Of a DNA stretch of 64,000 nt, positions 50,479-62,677 are shown one piece after another. The DNA is taken from assembly GCA_965235115.1 (NCBI GenBank), contig OZ249436.1:8992001-9056000 (forward strand). Reading direction: 5' to 3'. The translations under genes and the position numbers were made by a program. A model generated the notes under the pieces. That model saw only the letters and a program-made list of their open reading frames with translations. It searched no databases and was not told the DNA's origin. The first letter of the stretch is position 1. Every line of letters starts with the position of its first letter. The DNA is from Laetmonice hystrix (lineage: Eukaryota).

Positions 50479-51952
50479 TATTGGTAATGTCATAATAATG
50501 ATACAGGTGTCCGCCAAGACAAGTCAGGCCAAAGAATAAGTATCGGAGAAAACGTGAGTGCCAGGGGTTAATGGGAGTGACAGGTCACTTAGCAACGCAC
50601 TTATGATGACCATGGTGATATTGTTGTGTCACAGTCATTGGTTACAGTAGACTTTGGAAAAAAGCATGTGTTGATATTGTGACGTCACAATGGCAGTCAA
50701 CAGACCGGGTTCTAAATCTATAGTCTGGCAGTACGTTTTGTACCATTTTCACTTCGGTCAAGCTGCAAATGGCATTGATTGGCCATTACGTTTCTGACAG
50801 GCGATTTCAAGTGAATATTAGGTAGAATCCAACGGAAAAGTCACTAAATGTTCCGAATCTGTTTAACGTTATAGAAGTGGCAGATAAGGAAGCAGTTTGT
50901 AGATTCCCATACGTTTGGGAAATTTGAATTTTGAATTTTGATGCAGTGCAATTTAAGCCAATCAGATGGCTCTGATTTTCAGGCTCCATAACAGTAGCTA
51001 ATCCTCCATGGATTTCCACTAAATTCCAGGTCCGGTTCATGCAACTTTCTTGATTCCTTGGATAGGGTAGCATGACCATGAGTCGCCCACGTACCTTGAG
51101 TCGCCCACCCACCATAAATAAAAACCCTAGAGCTGACCTCTGGTGGATAATTCGAGAACCACAAGAAAGAGTAAAAAATGGGCTTTCAGATGACGTCAGT
51201 TGTAATGGGTTGGCCCTAACCAATGCAGTGTTAACTGTGGGTGGGTGACTCAAGGTACTAATATGATTAGGTGCTACCCAGGGGCGAGCGCAGTTTGATC
51301 TATATTAGCCTAGCTACTATGGCTTTGTTTCAGCTTTCCATAGTCATTGTCAGGTCTACGTTGATAATGATACGGGTGTTGGACTGTCCGCCAAGTCAGG
51401 CAAATAAACATCAGCGCCAGGAGTGACCAGTCACTTAGCAACGCCTATTGTCGTCATAAGACGACCATGGTAATATTGTCACGTCACAGTAGACTTTGGA
51501 ATAAGCATGTGTTGATATTGTGACGTCACAATGGAAATCAACAGATCGGGTTCTAAATCTACAGGCTAGCAGGCTGGGTTTTTCACCATTTTCACGTCGG
51601 TCAAGCGGCCATAAACGGTAGTGATTGGCCATTACATTTCCGACAGGCGATTTCATGTGAAGAGTAGGTAGAATCCAATGGAAAAGTCACTAAATGTTTG
51701 GAATCTGTTTATACTTTATAGGGGTGGCAGATAAGGAAGCGGTTTGTAGATTATCATATGTTTGGGTAATTTAAATTTCGATGCAGTGCAATTTAAGCCA
51801 ATCAGATTGCTCCCATTTTGCCAGCTCCATAATACCGGCAAAACCTCCACGGATTTCCATATCCGATCGATGCAAGGTATGCGGTTCGTTGGGTATAGAG
51901 CTCGCTATTAGTATAATTAATAGTGCGCAGCACCCGCCGCTGAAGGCTCGCG

Positions 51953-52130
51953 CAGGGCTCGAAATAACCGGGTTCGCATGGCAATTTGCCAGTGAAAATC
52001 AGCCTGTTGCGAATCAAATTAACAAACGAGTGGCAATTCTTTGCGAATCAACGTTATATATATTAATGTGCCGACTTATGATCAGTTGCAATGATTGCTA
52101 ATCCATTTTTTCAAAATATTTCGAGCCCTG
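51953..52130. mobile_element. Short MITE
   Basis: 13-bp perfect TIR CAGGGCTCGAAAT / ATTTCGAGCCCTG; no TSD visible; related inverted fragment at ~53800-53855. Confidence 0.6.
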
Positions 52131-52689
52131 TTAACACTTATGAAGTCTTCACTTGAGTCTTGTCAAGTTTTCACTTGGGGACGAAGTGGACCGACGAAGT
52201 TGTGTTTCTGTTTCTCAGACTGAGTGAGTGAGTAACTTTGGACCCATATTAACTTTAGTCTTTAGACAGTTTATAAGTCTGTCTCAGGTCTCTCTCACCC
52301 TCAGACTCACTCAGACGGGATCTTGCTGGATCTTGACTTGGACTCTTAAGTTTAACTGAGACATCCTGAAAGAACCCACAGATAACAACTCCGTTTCCAA
52401 ATACCACAGCGTCTTTGTTTTGGGATTCCGTTGGTCTTATTCCTCTCAACTTCCAATCCTAAGTTACCTAACCCTCCAATCCAAGTCGACTTGACTTCCA
52501 CTTCCAAGCCGAGATCGACCAAGTCACCCTGTAAACAAGTCGGTTTGCCACCAAAATCGCGATAATTCGCGAAAGGAAACACAATACAAATTAGGCTAGC
52601 ATAAAAAATATGATCTGGTTTTACGTTACTAGAGTGGTAATATGCTGTCTTAGTCTAGTTTATCAAAATACGTTCGTTTTGTCTGTGCA

Positions 52690-52740
52690 CTTACCGACAA
52701 CTTTACCAAATGAGCGCCATCTTTGAAGGTGACGTCAGTG
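52690..52740 (-). promoter_or_regulatory. Probable HELZ core promoter / non-coding first exon
   Basis: Minus strand reads CRE TGACGTCA (52730-37), YY1-type AAGATGGCGC, then a strong donor G|GTAAGT at 52695/52694; local CpG enrichment. Confidence 0.5.
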
Positions 52741-53572
52741 TCCATGAAATTTCCGGAGGATTCTCCGAGAAAATGCGAGATTCCTTGGAACGTAAAATGA
52801 AAACCCTTCGAAACTCTACAAAATAGGAATTCATAGTGACGGATTCGAAAAGGAAAGTGATGATGGCTCGTTAGGGGGCGACCATTAGGTATTGAGGGGG
52901 GGGGGGTTATATCTTGGAAATATTTTTGTTATTTCACATGAGACTTGTTATTTATTTCCAACCAGATCGTAATAACACATTAGACTATTTATTTCCGGCA
53001 TGGCCAGGGAAGATTTATATTTATTTCACCAATTTTCCACCCGAAATTATTTATTTCCAAAAACACCCAGCGCCCCTTAAGTTAAAGTGCATTCTTTTAG
53101 AGGTTCTGAATTACATCAATTAAAGAACTGTAGACCTAGCACAGCAGGGATATTTTTATGGGGGCATTGCCCCCCCCCCCCCCTTGAATTTGACAATATC
53201 CGGGGCAAAAGGTCCAGAATTTTGAGGGTCAGAAAGGAAGGTCCATAAAAGGTCTACAACAAAGGTCTACAATTTTGGATCTTTCTACAGAAATATCTGA
53301 TGGAGCTCTAAAGCACCCCCTTATAGAAAAAGGTCCAATTTTTTTATAGAAAAGGTCCAAATATTAAATCTAGCCAAGGGGGGCGTGTATGGAGGCGTTC
53401 CTAGGCCAATTCTCTGACGCACACATCGCTACTTCCGGTGCGGGCGACCTTTGACACACTTCCGTCCGCCATTTTCGAGGTACAAACAAACCGCCGGAAC
53501 ACCATACCGACACACGTACAGCCACCTGCGTTACAGCCTGCCTAGTCGCGGTCGCGATCACAATGAACAAAA

Positions 53573-56472
53573 ATGTCTTGCGACTACGAAAGTACGCTAC
53601 CTCAAGATGCTTTGCATAGATATAAATCTAAATTAGACCTGTGTGGGTTGAAAGCGTGCCCCTATCAACTGCCGGCAGATGCATGGACCAGTGATCCAAG
53701 TGTGTGGCCACCTTTGGATTTTCCAAAGTTGTACTTATATTTAGTCAAAACTCCAGGTAAGTAACTCAATATATTGTGCAACTCATCTCTAGACGCTTAG
53801 TTTGATTCGCAATAGACTGATTTTGGCATGCAAATCCGGTTAATTCGACCCCAGCATGATAATGAAAATCATTGAAATTTATTGTTGCATCACAACCCTT
53901 GCTTATGTCATGAGTTAGGCGTATGACTGAGTATGAACGTAAGCATAACGGGTTCAGCATAGGCTACATTAAACATAGATCTAGTCCTGACAGCTAGGCT
54001 TGTCACAAGTTTTGTGAGCGAGTACTTGCAAAAATACTTCTAATTTTGTAATTTTTTGACCTTTTAAATTGATTTGTAATTGTAGGTGTACATACCATGG
54101 AAGCTATGGCCAATTATAAATCCTTGGAGAGCTACAAGCTATTACAGTCAGGCTGGGTGCAGACTGTATATTCTTACCAGCCAGAAAACCTAGGAAGCCG
54201 TATTTTCAAAGCCAACGTCACTCCTTCCTTTAAAGTCAATGATCAACCTCACCATCCATGGGTTGCCTTAGATCTTGGCGGTTCGGTTATGACTGCACAT
54301 TGTGACTGCAAAGCAGGGTAGGCTAAATCTTGATTTAAATTTATATTTTCTTCACTGTCACTAATAAACAAGGAAGTGTCTATTTTTATGGGGCTAATTT
54401 TTATTTAGGGTTTATAGGGATCCTTGAAAAGTCCTGAAATTTCAGTATTGTAAATCCAATCCTGGAAATCTTTTTATCACTTTATCTGAAACCCTTACAC
54501 TACTAATTATTTCCAGCCAGTAAACAAAAGGTTAGATCTGGCATGACAGTATTATTGTAATCTTATTTTTGTAGCCTGGGAGAATCTTGCTCCCATGTAG
54601 GGGGCCTTCTGTACAAGATTGAGATGGTGGTACGGCTAGGAGGTAATATTAAGGCATGCACTGATGACTTATGCAAATGGAATCATGCGGAGTGGAAAGG
54701 TGTTCCTCCAGCCCCACTTAGTGAGGTGCAACTTTACAACACCAAAGCCAAAGACAAAGTTGCATCTTCTGGTGCAAGGATCAGACGAGCTGACCCGTTA
54801 CCCATGACAAATGATGAAAAACAGAGCTTTCTTCGCCGGATGGTTACATGCAAAAAGCTGCCCATAGGACTTAGTTTGTTCGAGTTCGTAAAAAAGCTTT
54901 TGAAATATATTTCCTTTTCATGTTTTATATTAGTTAGCCGTCTAATTTTACTGTTATATGAATTGATTCTAATTAACAATACAAAGTTTTATGATTGACT
55001 TAATGCCTAAGACGTCAGTTGAAAGGTTTTTCTAATGAAGTTTTTACTGTCATGTTCAATGTTCTGATTTATGGTTTCAGACCAACTGGAATCATGTGGT
55101 GACTGGACTGGGTGAAGTAACCTGGATATCTAGGTTAAATAACAAACTATCATGTACTAGTATTATACAGTTATGTATGAATATAAAATTGTATAAAATA
55201 TAAAATGTGAGCCGATTACAGAATAATGATTTTATATTTTAATGTAATATGAGTACGAGTCATGTATTTAAAGGGGGTTGTACAGGTGCTTGAAAACCTC
55301 GAAACTGCTCAAATTTCACTTGTGGAAAATCAATTGAGAATGAATTTTGTAGTTAAGCAATGTCCATTTCTCAAGTTCAGTAAACAATCATTTAAAAATG
55401 AACCAGTGCCCCTTTTGTCTAGTGACCATTTAAACCGTGATTTTTTTTATTTATGTTTGTCATCTTATTTAGGGAAACTGCTGAAAACTTCATTCCAAAG
55501 AAAGCCACTGCTCCGAGGGAACAACTGCCACATAAGCCAAAAGAACTTTGTAACACCTCTCTCACAGTGTCTGAGGCATTGGATTTCCTGGAAACAAATG
55601 ATAGTGAAAGAAAGTACTTAGAAAAATCAACAAGGACTCAGTCATCTAGTATGGTATGGTTTGAACAGCGGGCTGGGCGAATCACTTCGAGCAACATTCA
55701 CAGCATACTTCACACTAACGCCGTATCACCAGCGCCTTCACTGATCAAATCCATCTGCTCTTGTCATCCGTCATCTGCCACCTCAGAGGCAATGGCATGG
55801 GGTAGAGAACATGAGGCGGAGGCACGCAAAGACTACACACAGAAGCAGAGCACGACTCATCAGGACGCGATCACATCTGAAGCTGGATTATGTCTGCATC
55901 CTGCACATCCACATCTTGCTGCTTCCCCAGACGGCTTCATTAGTTGTTCATGTTGTGGACGTGGTGTTATCGAAATTAAATGTCCATTCAGATTTCGGGG
56001 GCAGTCAGTTGCCTCTATGTTGACTAATCCTGATTCATACCTTGCTTCAGACTTGAGTCTTCCCAAGGCACACAAGTATTATTATCAAATACAACATCAG
56101 ATGTTTGTAACAGGTCTTAAGTATTGCGATTTTGTTATCTGGCTCGGTCCAAAAGAGTTTTGTGTCAGTAGATGTGCCTATGATGTGTCTTATGAGCAGA
56201 ATAAGGTACCGGAACTTCTGGCTTTCTGGAAAAATCACATTTTCCCACGACTTACAAGTCAGAAATCTAATGAATTGAAAACTGTTCACGAGTCGATACA
56301 CTGTCCTTGTGGTCAGTCGGATGATGTTGACAAAATGGTTGGATGTGACAGTAACACTTGTCCTAATGAATGGTATCATTGGAGCTGTGTTGGACTTAAG
56401 GCAAAACCCAGGGGAGAATATTGGTACTGTCCATCTTGCAAAGCAATTAAACACAAAAAAGCAAGAAAATAA
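53573..56472 (+). CDS. ISL2EU-type accessory protein: SWIM zinc finger + YqaJ (lambda-exonuclease-like) nuclease + PHD finger, ~574 aa, 4 exons
   Basis: Exons 53573-53756, 54086-54317, 54575-54883, 55473-56472 (1725 nt, in frame). SWIM CDCKAGLGESCSH; YqaJ motifs WFEQRAGRITSS, WGREHE, LAASPDG, IEIKCP, YYYQIQHQM; PHD CPC..MVGCD..C..EWYHWSCV..WYCPSC. Confidence 0.9.
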
Positions 56473-57110
56473 GAGGTGTTATTTAATGTGATGATCAAGA
56501 ATTGGTGATAATGTACTTAGGCTATCATGCATTCAATACATACAATGTGTTAATTTTGTGTGTGAGATTAACATTCCAATATGATGGCTCGTAAGATGAA
56601 ATAGGAATACATTTATAATGTAGATTTTTATCCATGGATGCAACTTTTGTAAATAAAAGCTTAACTACATAACTATACTATAGGGGTTTTCGCTTTATAT
56701 CTTTTATTGCACTTTGACGTAAAGTGCCATGTTGCTGCAGGTATGCAGATTACACATCTATTCTCTTTTCTCATATCTTTCGTATGCATTTTTATTTTTT
56801 ATACAGTTTTCTAGTGATCTAGTTGTTGCCAGACGCGTACCTTGTGAATACAGAAACCAAGTCCATTTACAAGCACAATGAGAATTCGGAACAAGACCTC
56901 TGGTCAAACTAAGATTTCTCAAGTCCGGGTCTGCTGCGTTTAAATCATTTGATTATATACTTGATACTTGGTGAAAACATTACTGGACAAATTATATGAA
57001 GGCCAATTAACAGTCATAAACAGTCATAAGCCCTTCTTATGTAGGCTACATGTAAAGTTTTGATATGTTAAAAGGATCACAAAGACTCCAAAATCAGACT
57101 TGCGCTGTTA

Positions 57111-57356
57111 GGGGCGGACCATTTAACTTTAATGGGGGGGGGGGGGGGGGGGTAAGAAGATAGATTTAGATTGGACAGAATATTTTTTTTCACACAATTT
57201 CAGAGCTGGAATTTTTTTTATAGACATTTCAATGCACCTCTATTCAATGACGGGCAGTGAGCCAAATTTTTTTTTTTTCCGAAGAAATTGGAGCCGAGAA
57301 ATTTATTCAAAAAATCTTCCACCCCCCCCCCAAATCAAAGTTAAATGGTCGGCCTC
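57111..57356. mobile_element. Harbinger-type MITE
   Basis: TIR GGGGCGGACCATTTAACTTT / AAAGTTAAATGGTCGGCCTC; TSD TTA. Confidence 0.8.
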
Positions 57357-57435
57357 TTAGGTCAGATATATGACAGAAGTGAGAGATATTCGATGATTGC
57401 TTTAGCAAACGTGAAAGGTCCGAAATAGAGAATAA

Positions 57436-59350
57436 CTACTCATTATATACAATACTGGGTTGAAGATTGTACAGTATGGCACAAACCCTCAGGATTTTAT
57501 CGGCACTTGTCAGGCCAGCTTCTTCCGATTCTTCCTTCAGGGACTTTATCAGACGCAGAGAGAGCGTTCCTTGCAATATAGCAAATCTGTTCTTGATTCC
57601 ACCAATAACCCTTTCAATGTGTATTCGAACAGATGAGATTTGACGTGAAGTTTCCACTTCCTTGGCACTAAACTGAACTTGTCCTGTGAGGGGAAAAAGG
57701 CCGTAAATTTTTAAACTTGCACTGTGAAAAGAACAGTGTAGTCTGGTTATAATGAACACAGCTATAACAAATTTTTGCCTATACTGAAATTGTTCCCAGA
57801 AATAGAATTTTTTCACAGTATTTTTAGTATAGACATTTGTGCATTGGCAGTGTTTCTACTGGGTCAAATTTTCTGACAAACGTCAGATTTTTGGAAAATA
57901 CATGTAATTAGAAAAAGTCGGATATAGTGTTGTTGCATATACATGCATCTTGTATTATTTTTTTTGTTGGGGGCCCAGGTGTCTGACAAACCACCCTGCT
58001 TAAGAGTTAGATTTTGCCTTCTAACCTAGTACAAACACTCCATATTTCTGTGCAATATTCCCTTTCTTCCCCCCATGAATTATAATAACTCAAAAATTAT
58101 ACCTTTTATAAAAGCAGGGGTGATAAGGTTAACTCCTGCAACTGCAGCAAACTCGTCCCTCATTGTGAAACCTCGATCAGCCAATACCTGGTCACCAGGC
58201 GCATGCACGGGTCTTGTGAGAAACCCGCTCCTTTTCACGATTTCATTGTCACTTGTTCTGCCACCCCATGCTTTGGACAAGAAAGATACTGCCCCGAGGG
58301 AGGTGCAACCAATGAGGAACTTTATGGTTGTGTGCTTTTTATAGTTTGACCACAACTGAGCCCTTGCCTTCAAGTTGCTTGGTGCTTCAACAAATATTTC
58401 AAAGCAATCGATGATGCAAGTCAACTTTGGGTATAAACTCTTGAAATGTGGAGGAATGGTTTTGTGAATGTAATCTCTATCTGGCCACTGGAGTAACCAT
58501 TGAAGTTTAACGTGAATAAGATCTATCCATTTCCAGAATATATCAATCATGGCTGATGTTGAAATTCCAACTTGATCAGATAAGTATTCAAACTTAGGAC
58601 CATGCTTTAGCTTCACCAATGTGACAAAGAACTGATCAATGTAAGGAATGATTGGCACACCCTTTCCAAGTGTGTTTTCAGCCAGAGAGTCATATATGTT
58701 TAGAAACACATCCCACGACAAACCAGTGTAAAAGCGGCATTTTTCATCATTATCTACAACTGCATGGACACTCAATCGAACACTGTTAAGGCGAGCCTTG
58801 GCGAGTTCAAGTTCCTTTTTTAGAATGTTGGCCTCAGCTTCCAAAGTAGCTGCTTCCTTGAACACCATGTGATGGTCTGATTCTGAAGGTACAAAAAACA
58901 TAACAGGGACATATAATATATGTTATATTTACTGCCCGGTACATTATTATTTTATTATTTCATTAACTATGATGATTATGGGGCTTGTTAAGGCCCAGCA
59001 GGGCGACCTGCGTCATCAAAAGCAGAGGTTAGTATTAGTATTTTATTTTTATCATAATGAAGAATTAACCTCTGCACTAAATTGAAAATAAAGTGAAGCA
59101 TATATACAAACCTGAAACAAATACATAATTTACAGAGGCCGAAGGGGGTTCTGATGTTGCCGTTTGAGCTCCTGTGTCCATACAAGAAGGATCTTCAGTG
59201 TGTGATGCAAATGGTTCAAAGCTTGGAATTGCATCTGCTTCTTTCTGGTCCAATGCTTCTTTATCAGTAATGACAGATTCAGTGACACGTCTACATTTTG
59301 ATTTCACAGCAGGCAGAACTTTGCAATGCCTCTTCAGTGCACTAGAGTAC
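57436..59350 (-). CDS. PIF/Harbinger-group (ISL2EU-type) DDE transposase, HTH + DDE_Tnp_4-like; 5' exon(s) not found
   Basis: Exons 59350-59112, 58882-58103, 57683-57436 in phase. FYTGL..DQFFVTLVKLK HTH region; catalytic IIDCFE, LADRGF and HIERVIG intact. Confidence 0.88.
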
Positions 59351-60021
59351 CTGGAAAAAAAGACATACCGTATATTTACTACACTTGATGTTGACTTTAC
59401 AGTTGGCTTTGATACCGATTGTTAAGCCTACACTTGACTTGATAGTTAAAATTTTAACTGAATAGCTATTCTGGACCTTCTTGGTCTTGGCTAACTTTTC
59501 CAAGCGCTGATGCAAGGGCGGGGGGGGGGGGGGGCAGGGGCGCACGCTCCCCTTTTTTTTTGAAGAAGTGGCAAATTGTATTGGTAGGCTAGGCCTAGTA
59601 AATGCTTTGAGAAACTTTCACATTCTCTTCTGTCACAATTTCTATCTTCAGACCGGTCCAGATACCAGGAACTAGCTTTTTTTTGCCTTCTAAATTCAAA
59701 AATTGTCTGGGGAAAGTGCCCAGACCCTCCCCTGCGGATGTTTGCCTCGGGCCTTGACATGTTTGGCGCTCGAGCTGCGTCCCCCCCCCCCCCCCGCCTT
59801 TGGCTTTGCAGTATCCGCGCCTGTGTTGGGCGAGACTAAAAGCCCGGCACTTGATGTCTGACGTCATCAATATGTGTGTAGACATAAATTCTATTAATAG
59901 CCACCGGCCCACGTGCTCCGACAACCTCCCGCCAAGTGTTGAAGTGGCATCAGCTGTCAATTCCTTTCGACTCGGCACCTCTCCATCAGTGGTCATCAGT
60001 CCTCATTTTCATTGATCGCCC

Positions 60022-62155
60022 ATGTCAGAGGCTCTTGACAACCTGCCTTCTTGTTTTGTGACTCAGATTAATGAAGAGAAGAATCCTCCTGTATTGCGTG
60101 GCTGGGTGGAGAATGAGGAACAGCTCAGTACGGTCTTAGCTTATCATCAGGTGCCGGGCCTCACATCATTTGAGGCCCGGTACTTGGATCCCAGCCATGC
60201 AGCAAGGGTCGTATGGGTGAAGACATGAGGTGCCGGGCCTCACATCATTTGAGGCCCGGCACTTGGATCCCAGCCATGCAGCAAGGGTCGTATGGGCCAA
60301 GACATGAGGTGCCGGGCCTCACAACATTTGAGGCCCGGCACTTCGATCCCAGCCATATAGCAAGGGTCGTATGGGCCAAGACATGAGGTGCCGGGCCTCA
60401 CAACATTTGAGGCCCGGCACTTCGATCCCAGCCATATAGCAAGGGCTGTATTGGGAAGACATGAGGTACCGGGCCTCACAACATTTGAGGCCCGGCACTT
60501 GGATCCCAGCCATATAGCAAGGGTTGTATGGGCCAAGACATGAGGTGCCGGGCCTCACAACATTTGAGGCCCGGCACTTCGATCCCAGCCATATAGCAAG
60601 GGCTGTATTGGGAAGACATGAGGTACCGGGCCTCACAACATTTGAGGCCCGGCACTTGGATCCCAGCCATATAGCAAGGGCTGTATTGGGAAGACATGAG
60701 GTACCGGGCCTCACAACATTTGAGGCCCGGCACTTGGATCCCAGCCATATAGCAAGGGTTGTATGGGCCAAGACATGAGGTGCCGGGCCTCACAACATTT
60801 GAGGCCCGGCACTTCGATCCCAGCCATATAGCAAGGGTTGTAGGCCTATGGGCCAAGACATGAGGTGCCGGGCCTCACAACATTTGAGGCCCGGCACTTC
60901 GATCCCAGCCATATAGCAAGGGTCGTATGGGCCAAGACATGAGGTGCCGGGCCTCACAACATTTGAGGCCCGGCACTTCGATCCCAGCCATATAGCAAGG
61001 GCTGTATTGGGAAGACATGAGGTACCGGGCCTCACAACATTTGAGGCCCGGCACTTCGATCCCAGCCATATAGCAAGGGTTGTATGGGCCAAGACATGAG
61101 GTGCCGGGCCTCACAACATTTGAGGCCCGGCACTTCGATCCCAGCCATATAGCAAGGGCTGTATTGGGAAGACATGAGGTACCGGGCCTCACAACATTTG
61201 AGGCCCGGCACTTCGATCCCAGCCATATAGCAAGGGTTGTATGGGCCAAGACATGAGGTGCCGGGCCTCACAACATTTGAGGCCCGGCACTTCGATCCCA
61301 GCCATATAGCAAGGGTTGTATGGGCCAAGATAAAGGTGCTGCACATCACTTGATATGATTTGTCATTTGATATGATATGATATTAGGAAGAGTGATTTCT
61401 GTGATAGTAGGAACTGTGATTTCTTTGACAGGCATGACGACAAGACCAAGAAGAAAGTGAAGCAGCATCGTGTCTTCTGGAGGTCTGAAGTTATTGCTGA
61501 GGATGGAGTTCCCTTTTGTATTACAAGGAATCGGATCCTTGCCTGTCAGTACGGAAAGGCTCACAAGCGGCCAAGTAAATCAAAACAGGTAATGAACTAT
61601 CCTTGAATGTGTGAGTTCCACCCATCTCCTGACATATATGTTCTCAACATAGTAGACTATAAGCTGCATCTAGTCCAATAACATTCTTATAAACAGTGTA
61701 ATGTTCTTCAGATAAATGATCATAAATACGGACGGGGCAAGCGTTTCCATGTGCAACCAACGCGGAAAGTTGGCTGTCCAGCTAAGATCCACATCAAATA
61801 TGTCACAAGGTATTGTATCTTAAATCTTGATATTTAAAATGCAGTTTGATAAAGTTTGTTTGAAATTCTTTATTTAAATAATATGCACATAGAAATAGTG
61901 CCAGCCAGTAAAAAAGTAATGAAAAGGTTCATTTCTTGGATTCACCCACCTGCTGTCGTACCTCTTTAAAATACTCCTAAGCATTTGTACTGTACTACCT
62001 CTATTTTATATGTCTAATAATAAGATTATATAATCAAAATATTCTGTACTTTAAAGAGTGGCCATAATGTAAGTATACTGTTGTTGGTACATACCTACTT
62101 TCCCTTATACAGATACATGGATTTTGAAATGGGATCTGACAGAAGTGAAAAGTGA
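60022..62155 (+). pseudogene. Decayed CaRF/ALS2CR8-domain gene (probably TE-borne)
   Basis: Exon-like pieces: 60022-60150 (LRGWVENEEQLSTVLAYHQ), ~61387/61432-61588 (RVFWRSEVIAEDGVPFCITRNRILACQYG), 61712-61809 (TRKVGCPAKIHIKYVTR), and 62113-62155 ending in TGA. Collinear with recalled CaRF motifs (RGY..E.ELESVL..H / RLMWKS..DGIPF..MECQYG / CPARIYIK). Confidence 0.7.
60151..61331. repeat. 79-bp tandem array, each unit containing a 13-bp-stem hairpin (~15 copies)
   Basis: GTGCCGGGCCTCA-CAACATT-TGAGGCCCGGCAC followed by a near-constant ~46-bp linker; units at 60151, 60230, 60309, etc. Confidence 0.95.
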
Positions 62156-62545
62156 AACAAATACAGAAAGGAATAGGCCTAAGTTGACCTTCCACAGCGA
62201 TCACATTGCCTCAACTGTAGGCCCATGTGCAAAAGATATTGGACAAGTGAAAAATAATGTTGGGCAAGTATATCGTGGCTAGTACTTGCCCGTCGGGCAA
62301 GTGAAGTTGGTAGATTTTTTTCAAGACCTGCTATTTTTTTGTTCCTTTATATTGTTATCCAAACACACAGTCCCGTTTCTATGAGTTCTAGTCATTTGAG
62401 GGAAGTATTGGTTGTTCACTCCACGTTTTGTCACTCCAGACTATTCTCCCAAGGTTTCTATGACTCCTCTGCTTAAAGAGAATGATTAATTTCACACATT
62501 GGTAGTATTCTACTGAAATTTTAATTGTAATTTATTTCCTTCAAG

Positions 62546-62677
62546 GTGATCAATGCTTTCTTGGCCGTTCTTAAGATGGAACAGAACAAGACAGATACTG
62601 GGCATGTTTTTGTATTACCGTCATATCTGGCTGTTCTGTGGGAAGAAGCACGGTATGACCATTGGCTGTACAGAAAA
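62546..62677 (+). pseudogene. Isolated exon resembling the start of a Ulp1/C48 peptidase domain
   Basis: Clean AG|...|GTAAG exon encoding VINAFLAVLKMEQNKTDTGHVFVLPSYLAVLWEEARYDHWLYRK; VINAFL..VFVL.S resembles Ulp1-like domains. Confidence 0.4.

Larger units (their letters stand above)
53400..59350. mobile_element. ISL2EU-like DNA transposon (convergent two-gene organisation); termini unresolved
   Basis: A Harbinger-like DDE transposase paired with a YqaJ-exonuclease gene is the described ISL2EU organisation; TIRs could not be identified. Confidence 0.7.

Noticed and set aside
53100..53450. Left TIR of the ISL2EU-like element
   Set aside because: No matching inverted sequence found beyond 59350; the region is obscured by MITE fragments.
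60151..61349. CRISPR-like appearance and ORFs in the hairpin array
   Set aside because: Linkers are near-identical rather than unique spacers; no cas genes; eukaryotic intron-containing context. The ORFs are repeat translations.
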